A stretch of 64,000 nt of DNA from an uncultured Gammaproteobacteria bacterium. GTDB taxonomy: Bacteria > Pseudomonadota > Gammaproteobacteria > CAWCPV01. The translations under genes were made by a program, and so were the position numbers. The notes below the pieces were generated by a model. That model worked only from the letters and a program-made list of their open reading frames with translations. It was not told the DNA's origin and did no database searches. How positions within the stretch are numbered: position 1 is the stretch's first letter; every line of letters starts with the position of its first letter. The stretch is from positions 224,001 to 288,000 of the forward strand of contig CAWCPV010000014.1 of assembly GCA_963797555.1 (NCBI GenBank), in the 5' to 3' direction. Below are positions 21,718 through 30,731 of the stretch, in pieces.

Positions 21718-22788
21718 GTGCACGCCATCCCGGAGTTTCCGCGGACCGCCGTCACGCCGCGCACCGGCCCCATCGCCGTTTGGCTTCTGGTCTGTGCCGC
21801 CATGATCTTCTCCACGGTGGTGTTGGGCGGAGTGACCCGGCTCACCGGCTCGGGTCTGTCCATGGTGGAGTGGGACCCCATCTTCGGCGCGGTTCCGCCG
21901 CTCACGCAGGATGCCTGGCAGCAGACCTTCGACGAATACAAGGAATCGCCGGAGTACCGCCAGGTGAACTACCGCATGGACCTCGCAGGCTTCAAGCGCA
22001 TCTACTGGGTCGAATACGCCCACCGCGTGCTCGGGCGAACCATCGGGGTTGTTTTCCTGGTACCGCTGCTCGGCTTCATCGTCCTGCGGAAGGTGCCGCG
22101 AGAATTGGTGCCCAAGCTCTTCGGCATTTTCATCCTGGGCGGCCTGCAAGGCTTGCTCGGCTGGTACATGGTCAAGAGCGGGCTGGTGGGCAACCCGCAC
22201 GTCAGCCAGTACCGCCTGACCGCTCACCTGATGCTGGCCGTGCTCATCTATGGCTACATTCTCTGGGTTGCGCTCGAGCTGCTGTTCCCTCGGTATCAGG
22301 CGTCAGCGCCTGCACGCCGACTCAAGGCCCTTTCCTATTGGCTTCTGGCGCTGGTGCCTCTTACGATGACCTCCGGCGGCTTCGTGGCGGGTCTCAAAGC
22401 TGGACTCGCGTTCAACACCTTCCCTCTTATGGGTGGGCATTGGATCCCGGACGGGATCGGTGCGCTCGACCCCTGGTACCGCAACCTGTTCGAGAACATT
22501 ACCACGGTCCAGTTCGACCACAGGGTGCTCGCCATGATGACGCTGGCGTCGGTGTTCGCGCTCTGGACGACGGCGTTGCGCCAGGAGCGTTCCCCGGGCC
22601 TCCGCTGGGCGATTCCTGTCCTGCTGCTGATTGCGGTGCTGCAAGTGGCGCTGGGGATCTCTGCGCTGCTGCTCCATCTCCCGATGGTCCTGGCCTCGGC
22701 GCATCAGGCGGGCGCGCTCCTCCTGTTTACGGCGGTGCTGTTCGTCGCCCACCGCGCGAGAAGAAGCTCGGGCCAGCCGGCCTCCTGA
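21718..22788 (+). CDS. ctaA: Heme A synthase (COX15/CtaA)
   Basis: GGVTRLTGSGLSMVEW, EYAHR, GWYMVKSGL, YRLTAHL, QFDHR. Confidence 0.9.
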   Translation: MHAIPEFPRTAVTPRTGPIAVWLLVCAAMIFSTVVLGGVTRLTGSGLSMVEWDPIFGAVPPLTQDAWQQTFDEYKESPEYRQVNYRMDLAGFKRIYWVEYAHRVLGRTIGVVFLVPLLGFIVLRKVPRELVPKLFGIFILGGLQGLLGWYMVKSGLVGNPHVSQYRLTAHLMLAVLIYGYILWVALELLFPRYQASAPARRLKALSYWLLALVPLTMTSGGFVAGLKAGLAFNTFPLMGGHWIPDGIGALDPWYRNLFENITTVQFDHRVLAMMTLASVFALWTTALRQERSPGLRWAIPVLLLIAVLQVALGISALLLHLPMVLASAHQAGALLLFTAVLFVAHRARRSSGQPAS

Positions 22789-22998
22789 GAGCCACGCGTC
22801 CTACCGTGCCATCCATCTGCGGGAGGGCAGGGGAAGAGTATCGAGGTGGTGCGGGCGGGCCGGACTTTCGGTGCGTTCGGAGAAACGCGCCGAGCCTACA
22901 CGTCGCGGTGTCGCGCCTGGCCTGCGGCAGTGCGTCATGGCCCTGCGTAGTTCAGCCGAAAGAGATTCTTGGCATTAGCGATGGCTGCAGGAGCCGTT

Positions 22999-23265
22999 AT
23001 GGACTACTACGTGCCCTCTACCACTCTTGTGCAAAAAGTGGGCGAGGAGTGCGTCGTCCTGCATATGGAGAGTGGCAGGTACCTGAGTCTGGACGCGATC
23101 GGCACGCGCATGCTAGATCTGTTCTGCGAGCACGGCGAAGTAGAGACAATCGTATCCACTATGCTCCAGGAGTACGATGTGGCGGAGGAGCAGCTCAGGC
23201 GGGACTTGGAAGGCTTACTGGAAAAGCTGGTGCAGAATGGCCTCGTTCAGCGCATTCCGGAGTGA
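22999..23265 (+). CDS. PqqD-family RiPP recognition element
   Basis: VVLHMESGRYLSLDAIGTRMLDL..EYDVAEEQLRRDL..L..GLV; RBS AGGAG. Confidence 0.85.
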   Translation: MDYYVPSTTLVQKVGEECVVLHMESGRYLSLDAIGTRMLDLFCEHGEVETIVSTMLQEYDVAEEQLRRDLEGLLEKLVQNGLVQRIPE

Positions 23266-23350
23266 GGTGGGGCGTAGCGGAGCCCCACCAATAGCGGTGA
23301 CGCCCGCAGCAGAGTCGGGGGTCCCCCGTGTGCAGCGCGCTGTGAGCCCC

Positions 23351-24484
23351 ATGGATTTGTTGTGCCGTATTCTTCGCGGTGAGGATGCGGCTTGGCCAGG
23401 TCCCCCCGGCGCCAGCCCGTTTACTCATCGGTTTCTCGACGCCGCCACCTACCACGGAATCGGACCGCTCCTCTGCCGGAAAGCTTCCTCCGGGCTTGCT
23501 GGGCGGGACTGGCCCTCTGAGCTGTCGGAGGCCTGGGCTGGGGAGACACATCGCGAGGCAGCGGTCGAGCTGGTGCGTCAGCGAGAGCTGGTGGCAACCC
23601 TCGAGTCGTTGGCGGCGCAAGGCATTCAGCCGCTCCTGATGAAGGGGGCTGCCCTGGCGTACACTCACTATGAGTCGCCAGCGCTGCGACCCCGCTGTGA
23701 TACCGACGTTTTCGTGAGAGAGCGGGACGTCGATGCGATCGAGAAGGTCTTGACCACCCTCGGCTACGGACGTCCCAATGCGGTCAGCGGCAGCCTCGTC
23801 TGCTACCAGTGCGCGTACGTTAGACGGGACCGCCACGGCGTCCAACACGCATTGGATGTTCACTGGAGGATTAACAACGGTCAGCTGTTCGCCCGAGCCC
23901 TCAGCTATGAGGAAGCCGCTTGCCAGGCCGTCCCCGTCCCCCCCCTCGGACAACACGCGCGCGGATTAGCGCCCGTTCATGCCCTGTTCCTGGCATGCGT
24001 CCATCGAGCAGCGCACGAGCATGCGCCCTACTACATTGGCGACACGGCGCACTACGGCGGTGACCGGCTGATCTGGCTTTACGACATCCACCTTCTGCTC
24101 AGCCGCCTGTCCCGTGAAGAATTGGATGCATTCGTGGAGTTGGCCGCGTCCAGGCAAGTGAGAACAGTCTGCCTGGCTGCGTTGCGGAGGACTCAGGAAT
24201 GCTTTGGAACGGTGCTGCCTGATGACGTTGTGCAGGCGCTCTCAACGGGGGGGACGCCGGAGATGTCGGCGGTCTACGTCGAAGGCGGGCGCCTCCAGGC
24301 CGCATGGAGCGAGTTCAGGTCGCTACCGAGTGTTGGAAGCAGACTCCTGCTCCTGCGAGAGCATCTGTTTCCTCCCGCCGATTACATGCTTAAGAAATAT
24401 GGGCTTTCCAGTCGGGTTTGGTTGCCTGCGTTGTACGCGCACCGCGGCCTCCGGGGTGCTTGGAAGCTCTTGCACGGCCGCTGA
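23351..24484 (+). CDS. Nucleotidyltransferase family protein (NTP_transf_5-like)
   Basis: LLMKGAALA..Y..R..DTDVFV, LDVHW, WLYDI. Confidence 0.8.
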   Translation: MDLLCRILRGEDAAWPGPPGASPFTHRFLDAATYHGIGPLLCRKASSGLAGRDWPSELSEAWAGETHREAAVELVRQRELVATLESLAAQGIQPLLMKGAALAYTHYESPALRPRCDTDVFVRERDVDAIEKVLTTLGYGRPNAVSGSLVCYQCAYVRRDRHGVQHALDVHWRINNGQLFARALSYEEAACQAVPVPPLGQHARGLAPVHALFLACVHRAAHEHAPYYIGDTAHYGGDRLIWLYDIHLLLSRLSREELDAFVELAASRQVRTVCLAALRRTQECFGTVLPDDVVQALSTGGTPEMSAVYVEGGRLQAAWSEFRSLPSVGSRLLLLREHLFPPADYMLKKYGLSSRVWLPALYAHRGLRGAWKLLHGR

Positions 24485-24733
24485 TGGTTCGACGCACCGT
24501 TCCGCGGCGGGCTCGGCTGCTGCCGCGGCTGGCGAACGGGTATCCGGGCGCCAGGCGCTATTCGGGCCGTTCGACGGCGCTCGGCGCCGGGCTGGTCACG
24601 GACTTTAGCAACGGGGTATGGTGTTCGCGGCGTGGCACCCCTCACCCCGGGTTGGCGCGGGAAAGATTCTCTCAATTCCGCCCTCAAGATCGGGAAGGGG
24701 CTTGCCAGCGTCGGTTCTTGTTATTTCCCGACT

Positions 24734-25720
24734 TCACAGCGATGTCCAGGTCCGAGCGGCGGATTTCGTCGCCCCTCGGGATGACATGATGCGCAACCCC
24801 ACGCCGGTCAGCCGTTTCGCTACCCGCGTTACCTTCGACCACGCGGGAACGGCGGCCCGGAGCGTGGCCGAACGACTCCACCACTCTGGGTCCGTCTCGT
24901 AGCCCATCTCCTGCAGCAGGTCCCAGGCCGCCCCGTGAAAGGCGTAGCGGTCCAGCACGTCGAGGGAGTCCCGCCAGCCGCCCACAATGCCACGGCGGTA
25001 ATGCAGCGGGTGTGCCCGGATGCGAGGGTCCCCGGTCAGGCGCTCGCGCTGCAAGCGCGCGAAGTCGTGGTGTGCGACGACGGCTTCGACTCGGGCGGCG
25101 TCCATGCCGGACAGGTCGAGAAAACTGAACACACTGGCTAGAACCTCGGCGGGGTTGCGGCACAGCGCCTCATAGCGTACCTCGAGGTAGCGCCCCTGCA
25201 GGGTGCGGGCTGCGAGAGCCCCTCGCACGGTGCGTACCCAGAGCTGCGCCGCGTCATCGACCGTTATCCGTCCGAACCCCATTGGCTCCCCCGCCGCGAC
25301 CATCGATACCGCCACGTCGCGGCCGTCGCGGAGCAGGTGGATGAAGTGTGCGTCCGGCAGGAACGAGTCGATCAGTTGCACATGCTCGGAGTAGCCGGGC
25401 TGCTTGTCGAGCACGTGCGTCGCCTGCGGGTGCCGCTCCAGCACCCTCGAATAGACCTCCGAAACGAACCGGTCGAGAAAACGACGCAACTCCGCCTCAC
25501 TCCACACGCAGGGCAAGCCCTGGTGGAAGCCGCGGCCGGCCATCTCCTCCACCTCGAACCTCCAGGCTTTGATCCACGGAGCGACATAGCGATTGAATAG
25601 CGTTAGCTCCGCGGTGGTGGCCACCTGCGGGTGGCAACCGATCAGAATCTGCAGCCACGTGGTGCCGCTTCGGGGCGCGCCGATGAGGTAGACCGGCGTT
25701 GCGCGGGGTCCGGTTGTTAT
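24734..25720 (-). CDS. Sulfotransferase
   Basis: YLIGAPRSGTTWL PAPS loop is in frame upstream of the called GTG (25624); LLRDGRDVAVS, RYEAL; likely start is ATA at 25720 overlapping the upstream stop. Confidence 0.8.
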   Translation of the reverse strand: MTTGPRATPVYLIGAPRSGTTWLQILIGCHPQVATTAELTLFNRYVAPWIKAWRFEVEEMAGRGFHQGLPCVWSEAELRRFLDRFVSEVYSRVLERHPQATHVLDKQPGYSEHVQLIDSFLPDAHFIHLLRDGRDVAVSMVAAGEPMGFGRITVDDAAQLWVRTVRGALAARTLQGRYLEVRYEALCRNPAEVLASVFSFLDLSGMDAARVEAVVAHHDFARLQRERLTGDPRIRAHPLHYRRGIVGGWRDSLDVLDRYAFHGAAWDLLQEMGYETDPEWWSRSATLRAAVPAWSKVTRVAKRLTGVGLRIMSSRGATKSAARTWTSL

Positions 25721-26751
25721 CGTTCGTCCTGCCCTGTGAACCCTAGCGCTTCGGCTGCCGCCCCGTCGCTCGCACTGCTGCCCACCAGCGATAGGCTGCC
25801 GGACTGCCGGTTGCCGTGACCGTGTCTGCCCGGGCCGCCCAGGTCCACAAGGCGGGCCACCACGCCGCGGGGATCGGCAAGCAAGTCCGTCCCGAGCCGC
25901 ACGCGCAACGCCGGCCCGGCCGAGGCGAGGGCGGCGAGGGCGTTCAAGATGCGGCCACGCTGGCGCGGAAAGCGCGCCGATAGGTAAACGGGCGACGTTG
26001 CGTCAATCAAGCGTGCGAGGGCTTCGCCACCGGTGAGTCGCTCGGCGCGGCTGGCGCGAAGTCGGCGGTCGACCGACACGGCCCAGACCTGCGACACGCC
26101 AGCCATCGGTGTAAACCGCTCCGGCGCGTCACTGCGTCGCAACAGCCCCCGGGGAATGCCGTCGATGTGGACAGGCTGCACACGGGCCGCTGTGTGCGCA
26201 TCGAGGACGGCCTCGCCGGCGGTGCGCAGCAATACGTCGCGGCGAAACGGCGCCACGATCGGCTCGCCGCCGGCGCCCGGTCCGGCGACAATGCAGTCGT
26301 CGGAGAGGACGCGGCCGCCGGCACGCAACGCGGCCATCGCAACCGTCGACTTTCCAGCGCCAGTTTCGCCGAGGACGACGACGTGCTCACCGCCCACCGC
26401 GAACGCGGCGGCGTGCAGAACTACTAGCCCTTCGAGCGCAAGGGCATGGGCGATGGCGATCCTGAGCAGGGGCATGGTGCGCGCCAAGAGTTCTGGCGCC
26501 GCCACCGCAGGCGCTCGGACGCAGACCTCAGGGGCGTCCGTGAGGGCGACTGCGCCTCCACGCCAAGCGGCAACGTAGATGGGGCCGCGCCGCTGAATGG
26601 TCGGTAGCCGCGCGCGGGCGTTTTCCAAACATGGAGCGGGCAGCCGTTCGTCCAGATCGAGCACGACGCGTCTTGGCACGCCCCGCCACGGCCCCGCGAT
26701 GGTCTCGACGCCCAACTCGGCGAGAAGCGCTGCGCGCGCTTCCGTCGGCAC
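25717..26751 (-). CDS. HPr-kinase-like P-loop kinase
   Basis: LHAAA, LGETGAGKST, LSDD. Confidence 0.75.
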   Translation of the reverse strand: MPTEARAALLAELGVETIAGPWRGVPRRVVLDLDERLPAPCLENARARLPTIQRRGPIYVAAWRGGAVALTDAPEVCVRAPAVAAPELLARTMPLLRIAIAHALALEGLVVLHAAAFAVGGEHVVVLGETGAGKSTVAMAALRAGGRVLSDDCIVAGPGAGGEPIVAPFRRDVLLRTAGEAVLDAHTAARVQPVHIDGIPRGLLRRSDAPERFTPMAGVSQVWAVSVDRRLRASRAERLTGGEALARLIDATSPVYLSARFPRQRGRILNALAALASAGPALRVRLGTDLLADPRGVVARLVDLGGPGRHGHGNRQSGSLSLVGSSASDGAAAEALGFTGQDER

Positions 26752-26905
26752 GGCGAGGTCTATGGAGACAGAAAAGGGAGGTATGCCGACCCGCTGCGCA
26801 GCCCATAGCGGGGAGGAGATCTGCCCCGCCGTCCTGCTGCCTGACCTCTCTCCCCGACCCAGTTCTTGCTCTCGGCTCAGTTTGCTGCTGCGGTCGCGTT
26901 GGCTT

Positions 26906-27661
26906 CTACGTCGGCGGCGAGTAGTGCTGGACGATCTCGACCCACGGATAGCAGATGGAGGCCCTCGCGCCGCCGGTCATGGCCTGGTCGCTCGAACGGA
27001 CCTGGATGCTGACAGTAAAATTATCCGTGCCGTTGGCGAGCTTCACTGTACCGTGATAAGCGGTGAAGGCGAGCACTGACTGCTTGTCGCTAGTTTGCCG
27101 AACGAGAAACGGCTGGACGGTCGTGCCGGGGCAGTTTACCGACTGCGCGCCCTGTGTCACCGTGCAAACCAAGGCATTGCCCTGCAGGACCGGGCCGGGG
27201 CCGGCTCCGCCGATGCCGGCCTGCACGTTCATGGTCAGGGTCACGTACTGGGCGCCAGGGACCGGAGTGAACGAGCCCGTGAAAAGCGTTGCCGGCGTGT
27301 AAGTGATTCCCGTAATGCAATTGGCCGTGCCCTGGAGGTTGAAACGGATGTTCTGCGCCCACTCCGAGGTTTGGAGACCAGAGTACTCGCAGTGTCCCGG
27401 GTAGGTGCAGTCGTCGAGCGCTGCCAGTGTAGTTGGCGCCCCGGCATTCGGCTGCGCGGTCGGCCCCGAACCCGCCTCGGTGAATATCGCGTCTCCATAG
27501 ATGTCGTACATCAACGTCGGCCCCGCGTCGCCGGCGTCTTGCGCCACCGGCGGGGGCTTGTGGTTCTGCTTGGCCAGAGCCACACCAGCTCCCGCAGCAC
27601 CGAGCACCGAGGATACCCCCAAGATCGCCCCTAATGTCATGGCAGTTCTCGATATGGACAC
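26906..27661 (-). CDS. Secreted Cys-containing hypothetical protein
   Basis: AGGAGG RBS, GTG start, signal-peptide-like N-terminus ending ALA, beta-rich mature region with six Cys. Confidence 0.65.
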   Translation of the reverse strand: MSISRTAMTLGAILGVSSVLGAAGAGVALAKQNHKPPPVAQDAGDAGPTLMYDIYGDAIFTEAGSGPTAQPNAGAPTTLAALDDCTYPGHCEYSGLQTSEWAQNIRFNLQGTANCITGITYTPATLFTGSFTPVPGAQYVTLTMNVQAGIGGAGPGPVLQGNALVCTVTQGAQSVNCPGTTVQPFLVRQTSDKQSVLAFTAYHGTVKLANGTDNFTVSIQVRSSDQAMTGGARASICYPWVEIVQHYSPPT

Positions 27662-27695
27662 GGCTGGCCTCCTAAAGATTGCAGTTCGCGTTTTA

Positions 27696-27878
27696 TCACC
27701 CGGGCGGCTGAGCCTGGACTCCGTAGTTGTCCTGTTGAGTGCCATGCGACGAGCGCACGACTCGAATCAGTTCATGTACGGAAACTCGGGGCGACGTGTA
27801 CGGCTTCCGCTCGCGGCGTGACGGCTCAGACGCCTGCGTCTCCCTCGTCCACCCGTCCTCGTTCGATTTTTCGACCAC
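27696..27878 (-). CDS. Putative lasso peptide precursor (60 aa)
   Basis: AAGGAG RBS, KPYTSPRV leader motif, candidate core SSHGTQQDNYGVQAQPPG with Asp8; directly downstream of the cyclase. Confidence 0.7.
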   Translation of the reverse strand: MVEKSNEDGWTRETQASEPSRRERKPYTSPRVSVHELIRVVRSSHGTQQDNYGVQAQPPG

Positions 27879-27891
27879 TGTGAGAACTCCT

Positions 27892-29730
27892 TCACGCAGC
27901 AGACTCCCGACGCTGCGAATTCCTGACGAACTCCTCGGCTACGAGAAGGCTGAGGATGTGATTTCTACCATCACCGCGCCCACTTTGCAATAGTTGGTCA
28001 AGACCGGCCGGATCGGCCACGCCGAGCGAGGCCAGTGCCCAGTCGCCAGCGCGTGCCGGAACGCGGCGCAGCAATGCGTCTATCTCGCGGTCGAACAAGG
28101 CATCGAAGACTGTCTTGTCGAGGCGGTCCCGCACCGCCGGAGGCACACTTTGGCCGGCGGCGAGGCGTTGCAAGTGGCGCCGCCGGCGCCCGTGGACGAA
28201 GGCGCGCGGGGGGCACGCGAAGCAGAACGTCATCAGGTCGAGGTCGAAGTAGGGGTACCGGAGCTCGATACCGAAGTGCCCCGCGTAGCGCTCGAGCGCG
28301 AGAGGCACCCCGCCCTGGTGGACGCGGAGATTCAGCAGCATCCTCTCCCGGTTCGTCTGGTACTCGTCCGTGGTCACCCCCAGCTCGCGACGGGCTCGGG
28401 CGTCGGCCAGGGCCTCGCGCCACGTAGCTGCGAGCCAGCCGGGGGGGAGATAGGGCACACGCCGCCGGAGCAATCGCCGGCGCCAGGCGCCGAGCCTGCG
28501 GCGCACGAGCAGCGCTCGCGATGCCGTCGGCGGCAGGCGCACCCGCAGGCAGTCGAGCGCGGCGCGCAGTACCCGGCCGGCGGCGACTTCCTCGTCGAGG
28601 TACTCGAACCCCCCGTCCAGCCACTCGTCGCCCCCGATGCCGAGCAGCAGAGTTGCACGCCCGTCGCGGCGGAGCGGCTGCGCCACCAGCTTGAGCTGGA
28701 ACAAGGTCGCTCCGGGCGCATAATCGCTGAGGCGGACCATCTCCTCGATGTGGTCGGCGAGGCGTGCCGCTGCGCCGTCGACAATCGTCCCGTCCGACTC
28801 TGTCCAGCGCAGGACCTCCTGCACAAGAGCCGTCTCGTCACAACGCTGGCCGGGGTAGCCAATGGTGTAAGGACGAACGGCATCGGCCCCGACCTCACCG
28901 CGCCTCGCGCGTGCGGCGAGCAGCCCCCAGAGGCAGCCAGAGTCGAGCCCGCCGCTCAGGGACAGCCCGCAAGGCCGGTCGGGCAGCGCCCGGCGGATGG
29001 CGACATCGAGACGCCCCCACAACTCCTCGGCGAGGGCACGGATGTCGTAGCGTCCCCCCGATGACGGCTCGGGCGGCTGCCAGTAAGCGACGCTCGACCG
29101 CCGCCAGCGGCCGGCAGAAACGTCCCGCGACCAGGCGTGGACGTGTCCGGGGAAGACCAGGAACACATCTCGGAATAGCGTACGTTGGTCGGGCGGCGCC
29201 AGCCGGGTCATCACGTGCACCAGCGCCTCGACATCCAGCTCGGGCGCGCGCCCGGCAGCAGCCAGCACCTGACGCGGCTCCGACGCCACAATCAAGTGTC
29301 CTCCATCAATGGCGAGGAACAGGGGACGCAACCCGACAACGTCCCGAGCCAGCAGGAGGCGCCCCGTCGCCCTTTCGACGACCAGAGCGGCGAACTCGCC
29401 ACGCAGCCGGGCGAAGGCAGCCTCGCCCCACGCCGCCACGCAGGAGGCCACGCACTCCGCCACGGTCGTGGCTGGGGCTAGGTCGGGGCCGAGCAGCGGC
29501 TGCAGCTCGCACCAGTTGCCGACCCAGCCGTGGACCGCCACGACGAGATTGGGCCGGACCGCTAGGGTCGCGTCGCCAGCGCCGGTCTGTACCGCGACCA
29601 CGGTACCGGCGCGCTCGTCTGCGTATTGGGAGACTTGCGTCCCGCGGTGCGATGCCGCCGCCACCGCGCGACGCGATGCGGCGATGGACCTGTCAAGACC
29701 GTCCCCGAAGACTGCTACAATTCCGCCCAT
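27892..29730 (-). CDS. Lasso cyclase (asparagine-synthetase-like)
   Basis: ARDVVGLRPL, SLSGGLDS, GIGGDE, ELRYPYFD; N-terminus MGGIVA lacks the glutaminase Cys. Confidence 0.8.
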   Translation of the reverse strand: MGGIVAVFGDGLDRSIAASRRAVAAASHRGTQVSQYADERAGTVVAVQTGAGDATLAVRPNLVVAVHGWVGNWCELQPLLGPDLAPATTVAECVASCVAAWGEAAFARLRGEFAALVVERATGRLLLARDVVGLRPLFLAIDGGHLIVASEPRQVLAAAGRAPELDVEALVHVMTRLAPPDQRTLFRDVFLVFPGHVHAWSRDVSAGRWRRSSVAYWQPPEPSSGGRYDIRALAEELWGRLDVAIRRALPDRPCGLSLSGGLDSGCLWGLLAARARRGEVGADAVRPYTIGYPGQRCDETALVQEVLRWTESDGTIVDGAAARLADHIEEMVRLSDYAPGATLFQLKLVAQPLRRDGRATLLLGIGGDEWLDGGFEYLDEEVAAGRVLRAALDCLRVRLPPTASRALLVRRRLGAWRRRLLRRRVPYLPPGWLAATWREALADARARRELGVTTDEYQTNRERMLLNLRVHQGGVPLALERYAGHFGIELRYPYFDLDLMTFCFACPPRAFVHGRRRRHLQRLAAGQSVPPAVRDRLDKTVFDALFDREIDALLRRVPARAGDWALASLGVADPAGLDQLLQSGRGDGRNHILSLLVAEEFVRNSQRRESAA

Positions 29731-29797
29731 GCGACGACAAGCGCTTTCCAACGAGGACGTATCAGTGGCGGTGAGGCCGGTCTCGGGCAGCGAGGCA

Positions 29798-30529
29798 GTG
29801 CGCCCACGACCCAACGGCGAGGCTGGGCTAGTTTACCAGATCATGCTGTTCGCGCACGCGCTGCGCTTGTGCTACCGGGCGCGTCGGTTGTGTTCAGAGC
29901 CGCTGAGCGAGGTTGTGCGTCGGCTGGCCGCCGTGCGTGGCCTTCCCCACAACATCCCGCCCCCGGAAGCCTGGCGCGCGGCGGCGCGAGCCTGTTACCG
30001 CATGAAGTGGTGGATGGGCGGGCTGGACTCGTGCCTCAGCCGCTCTTTGGTTGCTGGTGCCCTGGTCGCCGACCGGGCCGACGTGGTGGTTCACATCGGG
30101 TTCCGGAGCGTCAAGGGCTGGCCCCACGAAAGCGCAGACGGTCACGCCTGGCTCACGGTGTCGGGGGAGGCCGCCGGCCATCACGACCCCGAGAACGTCA
30201 TTGAGCAGTCCTACGTCAGGGTCTTCGATGTCCCACTCAGTCGAGGAAGGCTACCCATGAGCCAGTTCGAGACGCTCGTCACGACCCTGCGAGGGGAACG
30301 CTATACGCTTACCAAGCTTGCTGACGCCACCGGGGTGTTGCTCAATGTGGATGCTCGGGTGGTTTACACGCTGAGCGAGACCGGTGTTTTCCTGGTGGAA
30401 GGCATCCTCGGCGGGGCGGCTACCACCGAGGAGCTTGTTGCGGCCCTCGTGACAGCGTTCGAGGTCGACGAACTGACGGCCACGAAGGACGTGACGCGTT
30501 TCCTCGAGGATCTCGGTGCCCGACTCTGA
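29798..30529 (+). CDS. Lasso leader peptidase B2 in frame with a C-terminal PqqD/RRE (RRE from 30257)
   Basis: SCLSRSL and GHAWL (Cys/His dyad), then VYTLSETGVFLVE..AFEVDELTATKDVTRFL. Confidence 0.8.
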   Translation: MRPRPNGEAGLVYQIMLFAHALRLCYRARRLCSEPLSEVVRRLAAVRGLPHNIPPPEAWRAAARACYRMKWWMGGLDSCLSRSLVAGALVADRADVVVHIGFRSVKGWPHESADGHAWLTVSGEAAGHHDPENVIEQSYVRVFDVPLSRGRLPMSQFETLVTTLRGERYTLTKLADATGVLLNVDARVVYTLSETGVFLVEGILGGAATTEELVAALVTAFEVDELTATKDVTRFLEDLGARL

Positions 30530-30731
30530 GGTCGTGTCGTCCCGGTGACAGACTGCCGGACCTGACCCGACGCGCGCTTATCTGTCTGCGCTGCGGCCGG
30601 CGTTTGTGCCGCAGGGAGGCGCATGAGATGCCCCACAACGCCGGGATGTGCGAGCATGGCTAGGCTGAGGTACGAGCCTGGACCATGACAGCAGACGCTT
30701 CATGAACGGAATCCGGGTCCTCCGAGCCTTT

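Noticed and set aside
27892-29730. Housekeeping asparagine synthetase
   Set aside because: It lacks the N-terminal catalytic Cys and is flanked by B2, RRE and a precursor-like ORF.
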